Of a DNA stretch of 40,702 bases, positions 16,974 to 24,394 are shown one piece after another. The notes below the pieces were generated by a model. That model was not told the origin of the DNA, searched no databases, and was given only the letters and a program-made list of their open reading frames with translations. Made by a program: the position numbers and the translations under genes. Every line of letters starts with the position of its first letter. The first letter of the stretch is position 1. Location: positions 1 to 40,702 of IMG/VR virus record IMGVR_UViG_3300045988_072105; one strand, written 5' to 3'. The DNA comes from a virus.

Positions 16974-17379
16974 TTAAGTAATGAATTGCGTTTTTGTATT
17001 TTTTAACACGCTCGTAGTCTGTATCGGTAACAGATTTCAAACGCGATAAATCTGAGTTGTGTTTCAAATCAGCAAGTTTTACAACTCTTGCTAAATTATT
17101 TGATTTCACTTTTTCAAGATATTCTTGATAACTTTGACCTTTTTTCTTTGTCAAAATCTGTACCGCTGTAACAACTTCGTTTGATAAACCCGAAACCAAT
17201 AAATCATCAACAGTTACATCGCTATCCTCAATAACATCATGCAAAAGAGCGACAGCTTTTTCTTGTTCAGTTTTGACTTGGCTGGCCACATAGAGGGGGT
17301 GCTGTATGTAATCAATACCAGCTTTATCAACTTGCCCCGCATGTGCTTTTTTAGCGATAGCTAAGGCAATATCAATCAT
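16966..17379 (-). CDS. Small alarmone hydrolase (SpoT/Mesh1-type HD domain)
   Basis: 137 aa. AHAGQVDKAGIDYIQHPLYVA, ALLHDVIEDS and VKLADLKHNSDL match the three hallmark RSH hydrolase motifs (H.GQ....G.PY..HP..VA; LLHDVIED; VKLADRLHN). Confidence 0.9.
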   Translation of the reverse strand: MIDIALAIAKKAHAGQVDKAGIDYIQHPLYVASQVKTEQEKAVALLHDVIEDSDVTVDDLLVSGLSNEVVTAVQILTKKKGQSYQEYLEKVKSNNLARVVKLADLKHNSDLSRLKSVTDTDYERVKKYKNAIHYLST

Positions 17380-17585
17380 GCTGCTACCACCCTACTAATA
17401 TAAGCAAACGCGTCCTTTTCTGAAATTTCTTCGAAATCCGTGAAGTCGTTGAAAAAGATTTTATTAAACCAGTCAATGCTATCAACCCACTTTTTTTCGA
17501 TGTCAAAAACTTGCATGACGCCATCAATCAGACGAAGCACTTGAGGATTGTTCGTCGTTGTGTGGTAATATCTAATATCTTTCAT
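17376..17585 (-). CDS. 69-aa acidic hypothetical protein (candidate cognate immunity/antitoxin)
   Basis: Its start lies 1 nt after the stop of the MuF-toxin ORF. Its stop overlaps the hydrolase start (ATGA). I recognise no family. Confidence 0.7.
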   Translation of the reverse strand: MKDIRYYHTTTNNPQVLRLIDGVMQVFDIEKKWVDSIDWFNKIFFNDFTDFEEISEKDAFAYISRVVAA

Positions 17586-17586
17586 A

Positions 17587-19131
17587 TCACTTCACCCTCT
17601 CTATATTTTTAGGAATCTCAAGCCCGTTGCTTAAATCAAGCATTTCTTTAAACAATTTCATGCGTTCTCGATTAGATGTATTCGTATCGCGATACTTCTC
17701 ATAGAGCTCGTGTAAGGGGCCGTTTTTTAACTCAAAACTTTGCCGAGTATGATATTGCATTTCAAAGTTGATTCCGTCTTTTTCAATGACTGTATTCACA
17801 CCTTTATACGGCCCGTCTATCAACCAAGTGTTTTTTACTTTTACAACTTTGTAACCCTCTGTAATAAGATCTTGTTTCATCTTCGAGTACTCTTTTTCAA
17901 AAGTATCTGGATTAAAAATAGTCGTATACCGTAAAGCGTCGTTGATTTCGTTTGCAGCTTTTGAGAAACTTATATTTTCAGTTTGGCTATCTGTTATAAT
18001 TTTACGAGTTAATGACTCTGTCGTTTTCTTTCGAAATTCAAGTCCAGCAAGTTTTTCCTTGCCGGCAATGCGTTGCATATCTCTTGTGATTTCCGGCTCT
18101 ACTTTTGAAATTTGATCAAAAAGTTTTTTACTATGGTATTCGGGCGTTCCATCCCTCATACTTAAATTATACACTTCGTTTGAATTATTTTCAACACTTC
18201 CATTCAACTCTTCTTCGTCCGGCATAATTGTTGACCGGCAATTGTAATGGAACGGGGGCATATTTACCCCTACTTGCGCGTCCTCGAGTTTATACAGTTT
18301 GTCTTCTTGCGCGATTCGCCGGCAAATTTGAGTCGTTCGATCGTCTAGCACGACCAAGATCCGATAGTATTTCAAGCCTTCGCGCTTGTATCGTTTGATC
18401 GTCGCACGATTGACGACGGCTGTCGCGTCCGTCCGGATCAATGTTTCAGCTCTGGACCGTGCCACGTTGAATTCTTTTCGAATCTCGCGGGCCATTTCTT
18501 GTGGACTATCCCCACGGATGAAGCCTTGACGGAATACCTTTTTAAGACTATCCGCGAGGCTGTCCGTATTGCCCCAAAGTTGTGCGGAATAATTCCGGCC
18601 GTTGAATGGCGTCTTGATAACTTCTTCAAACGCTGGACGGTTGATTGCGCCCGCACGGCCACTGACTGACTTACGATAGGCGTATTCTGCCACGTCATAG
18701 AGATATTTTTCGAAGCTCTTATGCAAAGCCCCGGCTAGTACACCGGCACGATAGACGGCCTCTGAATTGAGCAATTGGAGACGCACTGCCCGAGCTGACG
18801 CGTATTGTTCGTTTAACCGGCGCAAGAGCTCGGGATCTTTCTCTGCTTGCTCTCGATACCGTCGGGCATTTTCCGCATAATCGCTCAAGTCCTCGCCACG
18901 AAGGCGCTTCATTGCGTCTTGATAGCTGATCTCGTGGTCCTCCGCGAAGTGTGTATAAAAGTCAAATACCGACCTTTGAAGGCTCACGGATTGCTCACGA
19001 TAGATCTTTTCCATTTCAGCGAAGAAGTTGATATCCTTCCGATCAACGTATTCGAAAATCTCACGGGCTCGGTCTGTCCAATATCGATTATGATCCTCGA
19101 GGATTTTCAGATTCTTCAATTTGTTCGTCAT
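17587..19131 (-). CDS. Minor head protein (SPP1 gp7/Mu F family) with a C-terminal RelA/SpoT-like nucleotide pyrophosphokinase (toxSAS-like) domain
   Basis: 514 aa, RBS GGAGAGGTG. MuF core at aa ~175-305 (..LIRTDATAVVNRA.., ..MPPFHYNCRSTIMP..). C-terminal aa ~360-485 carry FRKKTTESLTRKI, INDALRYTTIF, PYKGVNTVI and FEMQYHTRQSFELKNGPLHELYEKYR, which correspond to the RSH synthetase motifs. Confidence 0.85.
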   Translation of the reverse strand: MTNKLKNLKILEDHNRYWTDRAREIFEYVDRKDINFFAEMEKIYREQSVSLQRSVFDFYTHFAEDHEISYQDAMKRLRGEDLSDYAENARRYREQAEKDPELLRRLNEQYASARAVRLQLLNSEAVYRAGVLAGALHKSFEKYLYDVAEYAYRKSVSGRAGAINRPAFEEVIKTPFNGRNYSAQLWGNTDSLADSLKKVFRQGFIRGDSPQEMAREIRKEFNVARSRAETLIRTDATAVVNRATIKRYKREGLKYYRILVVLDDRTTQICRRIAQEDKLYKLEDAQVGVNMPPFHYNCRSTIMPDEEELNGSVENNSNEVYNLSMRDGTPEYHSKKLFDQISKVEPEITRDMQRIAGKEKLAGLEFRKKTTESLTRKIITDSQTENISFSKAANEINDALRYTTIFNPDTFEKEYSKMKQDLITEGYKVVKVKNTWLIDGPYKGVNTVIEKDGINFEMQYHTRQSFELKNGPLHELYEKYRDTNTSNRERMKLFKEMLDLSNGLEIPKNIERVK

Positions 19132-20638
19132 CTGTCACCTCTCCGTTTTCTGCTTGTTTTTCGAACCGTGGCAATGCTTCGAGTTGCTCTTTTGCCTCGT
19201 CCTTCAAACGCTCGAGCTCGACTTCTGCGTCGATTCCCGTCACTTGATTCAAAATTTCAAAGATCGTTTGCTCGCTCACAATTCCGTACAAGGTGCGGAC
19301 CATTTCGACGATCTCTTTCTCGTTTTGCGGAACATTCGGACGGAATACGATCGCGGTCTCATTGATAAGCTCGTAAGCCGTGCTTTCGTTCCCTTGAATT
19401 TTCCAAATATTCACCGCAAGACGTAACCGTCGCATAAGTCCCGCTTCAAAAAGATCTTGTTGTTGCTCGCGATAGTTGTCAGCAGCCATCAACTTATATT
19501 TCATGGACTCGCCCGATTGAACGCCTCCAAAGTTGCTGTCCAACGTGTTAGGCGTGAACGTAAACCGCAAGATATCATTCACTAGACGCTCTTTGTAAGC
19601 TTCCGCTCCCTTGCTATCATATTCTTTAATGAGATAGCCCGCGTCTGGTGCTGATCCGCCCGGGTTCGGATTGTCATCCAAAATAAGTACTTGAGCGCGC
19701 TTGTATGCCATGGATACCCCAAGGCGACCGTTTGGATTGATCTGACCGTCATCGAAGAAGTCCTTCTCGTCTGCTCCCGTGTACGGGTTGCCTTTAATCA
19801 ACAAAATCGCGTCGTTGCTATTTTGTTGAAAGTTTGCAAGCTCTGACTGTGACAAGTCATAAGCGTCTATATTGTCCAATACTGACTCATACGATCCGAG
19901 GCGTTCTTCATTGTTGCTGTACTCATTGACTGGTACACCGTGGAAGAAATGCTCTTGCTCGTCTTTGAGCTTCATCCCGTCGCTCTTCTGTGAGCTCCAC
20001 TCGTAAGTATAGACGCGATCGGCTGTATATACCTTGATGATCGTCTTACGTTTTGCGTCTCCATAATCAACGTCGTAATAGTTGATCGCCATCAACGAAT
20101 TCTGCTCGTAAGTGTCGTCATAGATGACGAACGTTTGCTCGGGGCTCAACTTGTACAACTTGACCCAAGCGACACGATCGCGCTCTGTTACGGTCAAAAG
20201 CTCATAGGCCCGGCCATAGACGCAAAGATCCTTCTTAATCGACGAGTTGTGCTTCTTCTCGTTGTTCTTCGCGGAGAATACCTTGATATTCTCAAGCATC
20301 ATGTCGTCTTCATTTTTGTACTCGACCGGATTCCCGAGCATGTAACCTTGTTCGAACATGGTGATATACTTTGCAAAATCGCTCGAGATACGGTTGTCTG
20401 CTGCTGTCGAGTCTTCCTTGTCTGGTCGATACTTGATATTATTGTCGCCCTTGTAATAGCGCTTGAGCTCTTGCAAGCGTGGCAATTGCTCTTTCTTGTG
20501 CCGGTTGACGTATCGCTTCAATTGATCGATCCATACGCTAGATGCATAATCGATGACAGCGAAGTCCTCGGTCATCATGAAAAAATGGTCGTTCGCATGA
20601 TCGGCGAAGCGTGTCCCTTTTAAAAAATTAGTAACCAA
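19088..20638 (-). CDS. Portal protein (SPP1 gp6-like)
   Basis: 516 aa, TTG start with GGGAGGT RBS, right after TerL. ..LKRYYKGDNNIKYR..DNRISSDFAKYITMFEQGYMLGNPV.. is typical of this portal family. Confidence 0.9.
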   Translation of the reverse strand: MVTNFLKGTRFADHANDHFFMMTEDFAVIDYASSVWIDQLKRYVNRHKKEQLPRLQELKRYYKGDNNIKYRPDKEDSTAADNRISSDFAKYITMFEQGYMLGNPVEYKNEDDMMLENIKVFSAKNNEKKHNSSIKKDLCVYGRAYELLTVTERDRVAWVKLYKLSPEQTFVIYDDTYEQNSLMAINYYDVDYGDAKRKTIIKVYTADRVYTYEWSSQKSDGMKLKDEQEHFFHGVPVNEYSNNEERLGSYESVLDNIDAYDLSQSELANFQQNSNDAILLIKGNPYTGADEKDFFDDGQINPNGRLGVSMAYKRAQVLILDDNPNPGGSAPDAGYLIKEYDSKGAEAYKERLVNDILRFTFTPNTLDSNFGGVQSGESMKYKLMAADNYREQQQDLFEAGLMRRLRLAVNIWKIQGNESTAYELINETAIVFRPNVPQNEKEIVEMVRTLYGIVSEQTIFEILNQVTGIDAEVELERLKDEAKEQLEALPRFEKQAENGEVTDDEQIEESENPRGS

Positions 20639-20640
20639 TT

Positions 20641-21918
20641 TTACCTCCCGAAATAATATGACGCGTTCTTCATTCGTTCTTGTACTGACTTACTTTGCAA
20701 GATACGATCTTGTAACGCGTACCGAATCGCGTCGATACAATGATTGTATGAATCGACGGGCTCGTTTATGTACTCATTTGTTTTCTTGTCTTTCTTCCAT
20801 GTATAATTTTCAAGCTCCTCAATCAACTTCACACAACGCTCGTCAACCACCCAGTCGTATTGAAGAAGGTATTGTATCCCTTGCATAACTGACCCCGGTC
20901 CTTTCTGTACGTCGATAACTCGAGGAATCCCCGAATTCCGGAGCTCTTGATTTGATTTCTTTTCCGCTGAATCAGCTCGGATCTGCTCCTTCGCATAACC
21001 GAGGGACTTGATAGCCTCCGCAATCTTGTCATTCGTAAGACCTTTTCTGACGTATTCCTCAACGACGTATAACTTGCGATTCTGGTCGTCTATTCTGACG
21101 TGTAAGAACGCGCTCGGGTCATTGATGAATCCATAGTCCAAACCAAAATAGGCCGGCAAATGATCCCACTCGGACGGGTTGAGAAGGCGCTTCTCGTACT
21201 TTGGAAAAACGAGCTTGTCGAGCGTCGCGAATTCTCCCAAGGCGTAGATCTTGTAATAAGCCTCGTTTCGGCTCGCTAGCTCCTCGATATTCTCTCTTGT
21301 GATATCATCAAGAAAGCGATTATCCTTATATGTTGTCTGATAGACGACTGTATTTTTTGGAGTTTTAATGAAAAACGCACTATACACCCAATTGACTTTA
21401 GACACCGGGTTAAACATTAAAAAGATCTGTCTCTTCTTGTGTTTCTTATCCCGAAGGCGAAGCGTCAATTGTGTATAGTCGTCAAGTGTGAATTCCGAGG
21501 CCTCTTCCATCACCACGTCTGAAATGCCCTTGATGGACTTGATTTTCTCCGGATTGTCTAACCCTTTAAAAATAAATTGAGCCCCGTTTGAGAGCTCGAT
21601 CCGATATGCTGAATTATTTACCTTGCACTTATCAAGCAACTTCCAAGTCTCGAGGCATTGCTTCACGTCTTCAAAGATCGAGTCGTACACCGTCGCCCCG
21701 ACTTTTCGAAGAAAAAGGACTTTCCGTGGATATTTCCAATCTTGACAAGCCTTGAATACGACCTTCTGGATCACTCCGTGGCTCTTGCCACTAGAAGCTC
21801 CGCCATAATGTACCTCTGTGAAGGTGTCATAGTCTGTCAGCTTGTCGTAGATATGCTTATTAAAGACCCGGCTTGGATAATTGAATTCGATCTTGATCCT
21901 TGGTTTAGTCGTCGTCAT
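20641..21918 (-). CDS. terL: Terminase large subunit (PBSX/Terminase_3 type)
   Basis: Walker A in ..HYGGASSGKSHGVIQK... C-terminal nuclease-type region. The ATG at 21918 is preferred over the TTG at 21930. Overlaps the terS 3' end. Confidence 0.9.
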   Translation of the reverse strand: MTTTKPRIKIEFNYPSRVFNKHIYDKLTDYDTFTEVHYGGASSGKSHGVIQKVVFKACQDWKYPRKVLFLRKVGATVYDSIFEDVKQCLETWKLLDKCKVNNSAYRIELSNGAQFIFKGLDNPEKIKSIKGISDVVMEEASEFTLDDYTQLTLRLRDKKHKKRQIFLMFNPVSKVNWVYSAFFIKTPKNTVVYQTTYKDNRFLDDITRENIEELASRNEAYYKIYALGEFATLDKLVFPKYEKRLLNPSEWDHLPAYFGLDYGFINDPSAFLHVRIDDQNRKLYVVEEYVRKGLTNDKIAEAIKSLGYAKEQIRADSAEKKSNQELRNSGIPRVIDVQKGPGSVMQGIQYLLQYDWVVDERCVKLIEELENYTWKKDKKTNEYINEPVDSYNHCIDAIRYALQDRILQSKSVQERMKNASYYFGR

Positions 21919-22336
21919 CCCACTCACCAACTTTTATTTCGATTGTCCGTTGAGTGATCTCTTGCTTGTCAACAAATAGTCCGAATCGTTTCCCGAGATC
22001 AACCGCGGCACTCCGTCGCGTTGATACGTTCGGGACGGCGTTCACAACTTTTTGATAGCCGTCCCCGTCGAGCACCAAAAGGGGCTCGGTCACTTCGCCA
22101 CGCATAACCGACGTTAAGAATTCAAGGACCTCTTGCTGATCCGCGACACGTTCTGACTTCAATTGCTCGAGTCGCTCGTCTATATAAGCCTTTACGTTAG
22201 GGTTTGTTAGGAGTTGGCTTGCACTCGCTCGAGCTGCTGCGTCCTTCTTAACGCTCGGATAAGCCTTTTTATATGCTTGTGTAGCATTTAACGAAACAAT
22301 ATATTCGTCAGCGAATTTCTGTTGTTTTTCCGTCAT
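21905..22336 (-). CDS. terS: Terminase small subunit (Terminase_2 type)
   Basis: MTEKQQKFADEYIVSLNATQAYKKAY..SASQLLTNPNVKAYI matches the family consensus. The start is uncertain: ATG at 22336 or GTG at 22351. Confidence 0.85.
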   Translation of the reverse strand: MTEKQQKFADEYIVSLNATQAYKKAYPSVKKDAAARASASQLLTNPNVKAYIDERLEQLKSERVADQQEVLEFLTSVMRGEVTEPLLVLDGDGYQKVVNAVPNVSTRRSAAVDLGKRFGLFVDKQEITQRTIEIKVGEWDDDD

Positions 22337-22463
22337 CCCATCACAACGCACCCCCTTTCATCGGTATTTTTTAGCGATAAAAAAACAACCCCGGAGTAAG
22401 AAAGGGCTGCTTTTGAATAATGGAAAGGTTTGACAAGGTAAAATGAAGGTAAAACCTTGTCTA

Positions 22464-22593
22464 AGCGGACGGGCGGAATCGAACCGCCTGAATGTTTTTT
22501 AAATACTATAAGGAGGCCACCACGAAAACTCGTTGTTTGTCGCTGGCAAAAAATTGAAAGGTAAACAATGAAAAAGTTGTCCTGTCGTCCGCT
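22464..22593 (-). ncRNA. tRNA-like element: canonical T-arm plus an 8-bp acceptor-like closing stem, but 130 nt long with no recognisable D or anticodon arms
   Basis: Minus strand: AGCGGACG...(97 nt)...GGCGG-TTCGATT-CCGCC-CGTCCGCT. The TTCGATT T-loop and 5-bp T-stem directly abut the 3' acceptor strand, as in a tRNA. Confidence 0.3.
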
Positions 22594-22668
22594 ATGAAGA
22601 TCGTCGTTTCCTTCGAATCTTCCGATAATACAATTTTATCACCTTTTTTCGTGCATTTTTCCCAACTT

Positions 22669-23094
22669 TTAGCGACTTTTTAGAAAAAAACTTGTATATT
22701 TCTTTTCCAGTCCTTCAAAAAACGGCTTAATGATATGCCGATAGACTGAATTCTTTGACATAAAGAGCTCGAGTGCCACCCCTTCGACATTTTTTGAACG
22801 CGTCACATATAGCGCCTTGATTGCCTCCCAACTCGAGGGAGCGCACTCGCTCGTGTATTCTGTGATGGCTTCTGCGAGCGTATAGAGTCGAATCAATTCC
22901 GGATCATTTTCTTTGAGGATAACGTTCTTGAGCGCTTCTGGCGTGTTAGTCGTTGCCTTGCTCTTAATGAACCAATTCTCGTCGAAATTTTGATACGGGA
23001 AAGTGATCTCTTCGATTCGCTCTTTGATCTCTTTGTCAAACGGATATCGTCGAAGCGCGTCGATTAGATATCCATATCTTGTTTCAATTCTCAA
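22669..23094 (-). CDS. ArpU-family late-gene transcriptional regulator
   Basis: 141 aa, TTG start with AAAGGAGGGG RBS. Last gene before the terS intergenic region. The N-terminus ..YGYLIDALRRYPF.. and C-terminal HTH-like ..MSKNSVYRHI.. fit the ArpU/RinA-like family. Confidence 0.75.
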   Translation of the reverse strand: MRIETRYGYLIDALRRYPFDKEIKERIEEITFPYQNFDENWFIKSKATTNTPEALKNVILKENDPELIRLYTLAEAITEYTSECAPSSWEAIKALYVTRSKNVEGVALELFMSKNSVYRHIIKPFFEGLEKKYTSFFLKSR

Positions 23095-23122
23095 GCTCCC
23101 CTCCTTTCTAGCGTGCAGCTAT

Positions 23123-23284
23123 TTACTTCTCTTTTTCGTAAACGTCAAAGACGCCTCTTTTGTGACTGTTCCAAAATTTCATCGCTTCGGCTTTTGTCGG
23201 GAATTCAAACTTCTCGAATTTTGTCGAATGATTGCAATCCCAACGCGTCAGCTTGTCATACTTTCTCACGATATAGACTTTCAC
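23123..23284 (-). CDS. 53-aa hypothetical protein (below the ORF-track cut-off)
   Basis: My own translation: VKVYIVRKYDKLTRWDCNHSTKFEKFEFPTKAEAMKFWNSHKRGVFDVYEKEK. GTG preceded by GGGGGGA, 1 nt after the upstream stop. Confidence 0.5.
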   Translation of the reverse strand: MKVYIVRKYDKLTRWDCNHSTKFEKFEFPTKAEAMKFWNSHKRGVFDVYEKEK

Positions 23285-23285
23285 A

Positions 23286-23558
23286 TTATCCCCCCACGCC
23301 GTTTCGATCAGCAGCCTCTTGCAATTCTTGGGCTACTCTCGAGTTATATTCAGCGTTTAGCTTGTTTATTATAGTATCTTGCATTTTGTCCCGTTCATTG
23401 ATCTTTTCGATCGAGAGCTCATGCTCTTCGACTTTGAGTTGCAATTCCTTCGTTCGTTCTTCTAGCGTCACGATCCGGGCGTTCATATTGACGCAACAAA
23501 CAACGAGCACGATGACGAGGGCTGCAATATTCAAGATCCCCAGTATATAGTTTTTCAT
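23286..23558 (-). CDS. Membrane-anchored coiled-coil protein, unknown function
   Basis: 90 aa, N-terminal TM (ILGILNIAALVIVLVVCCV). ATGA overlap with the upstream micro-ORF. Confidence 0.65.
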   Translation of the reverse strand: MKNYILGILNIAALVIVLVVCCVNMNARIVTLEERTKELQLKVEEHELSIEKINERDKMQDTIINKLNAEYNSRVAQELQEAADRNGVGG

Positions 23559-23662
23559 TCTTTGTCCTTTCTATTCGCTCTAAAAGCCACGATACAAGCC
23601 CACGCAAAACCAATCAGCCAAGCTCCGCAAAGGATAAAGAAGATAATATCTAGTAAGTTCAC
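23555..23662 (-). CDS. 35-aa membrane micro-protein
   Basis: My own translation: VNLLDIIFFILCGAWLIGFAWACIVAFRANRKDKE. GTG with GAGGAGGT RBS (6-nt spacer). The stop overlaps the next ATG. Confidence 0.5.
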   Translation of the reverse strand: MNLLDIIFFILCGAWLIGFAWACIVAFRANRKDKE

Positions 23663-23680
23663 TCTTCTACCTCCTCGCTC

Positions 23681-23845
23681 TTAATTTATATAGATGGACT
23701 GACCTTTTACAATGATCTTGCCACCACTGAATATGATGCTCGAATTATTTGATTTTATGCTCGAAGCATTGATATAGCCACCCCTGAAAAATTGTCTTTC
23801 AAGGATTCTTCTTTTTCCACTGTAAGGATATCGTTTTGGTTTCAT
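23681..23845 (-). CDS. 54-aa basic hypothetical protein
   Basis: My own translation: MKPKRYPYSGKRRILERQFFRGGYINASSIKSNNSSIIFSGGKIIVKGQSIYIN. ATGA overlap with the YopX gene stop. Confidence 0.45.
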   Translation of the reverse strand: MKPKRYPYSGKRRILERQFFRGGYINASSIKSNNSSIIFSGGKIIVKGQSIYIN

Positions 23846-24231
23846 GGATTCACCTCCAATAACTCTGGATTTTCGTAGATATTGCCGAGGATCTCCTCAG
23901 CCCCAGTCCACGCATATCCTTCTTTAATTCCTTTTAGATATATAGCGGGCATGCCTCCTATGTATGTACCACCATATTCTTTTTCTAGGTATACTTCATG
24001 AGGACATCCTCTGGTACATTTTATAATGTCCCCAACAAAGACCTCTTTTCCATTCTTGTCTTTGAGGCCTGTTGATTGCATGAGAATCAATTCTGACTTT
24101 TCGACAGGCATAGGAAAATTGTAGCCCGATGTTGGTTTTTCCATGTTGCAAATCAAGCCGTTATCTGTGATAAAAAAATGTTCTACGAATTTCTTTTCTA
24201 CGCTATCCCACGCTCTAAATTTTGGTATCAT
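23842..24231 (-). CDS. YopX-family protein
   Basis: MIPKFRAWD...MQSTGLKDKNGKEVFVGDII...GNIYENPELL is the classical YopX pattern. Confidence 0.85.
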   Translation of the reverse strand: MIPKFRAWDSVEKKFVEHFFITDNGLICNMEKPTSGYNFPMPVEKSELILMQSTGLKDKNGKEVFVGDIIKCTRGCPHEVYLEKEYGGTYIGGMPAIYLKGIKEGYAWTGAEEILGNIYENPELLEVNP

Positions 24232-24394
24232 CTTGTACCTCTTTTTCTACTGTAATTTCAAATTTATAATCATTTATGCTTAAAGGTAAAACTGCCCCTG
24301 TATTTGATTCGTCTTTCAATAAATCTAAGATAATCTCTAAAACTTTCTTACCTAAAATCAATTGTGTCTCTACAATATTTTGCTCTTCAGCCAT
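24215..24394 (-). CDS. Small acidic hypothetical protein
   Basis: ~59 aa. The ATG overlaps the upstream TGA. GAGG upstream. Confidence 0.55.
   Translation of the reverse strand: MAEEQNIVETQLILGKKVLEIILDLLKDESNTGAVLPLSINDYKFEITVEKEVQDDTKI

Noticed and set aside
22464-22593. Calling this element a bona fide tRNA gene
   Set aside because: It is 130 nt long. It has no D-arm with conserved GG and no 5-bp anticodon stem with a 7-nt loop at the expected distance from the T-arm. It is kept only as a tRNA-like element of uncertain nature.
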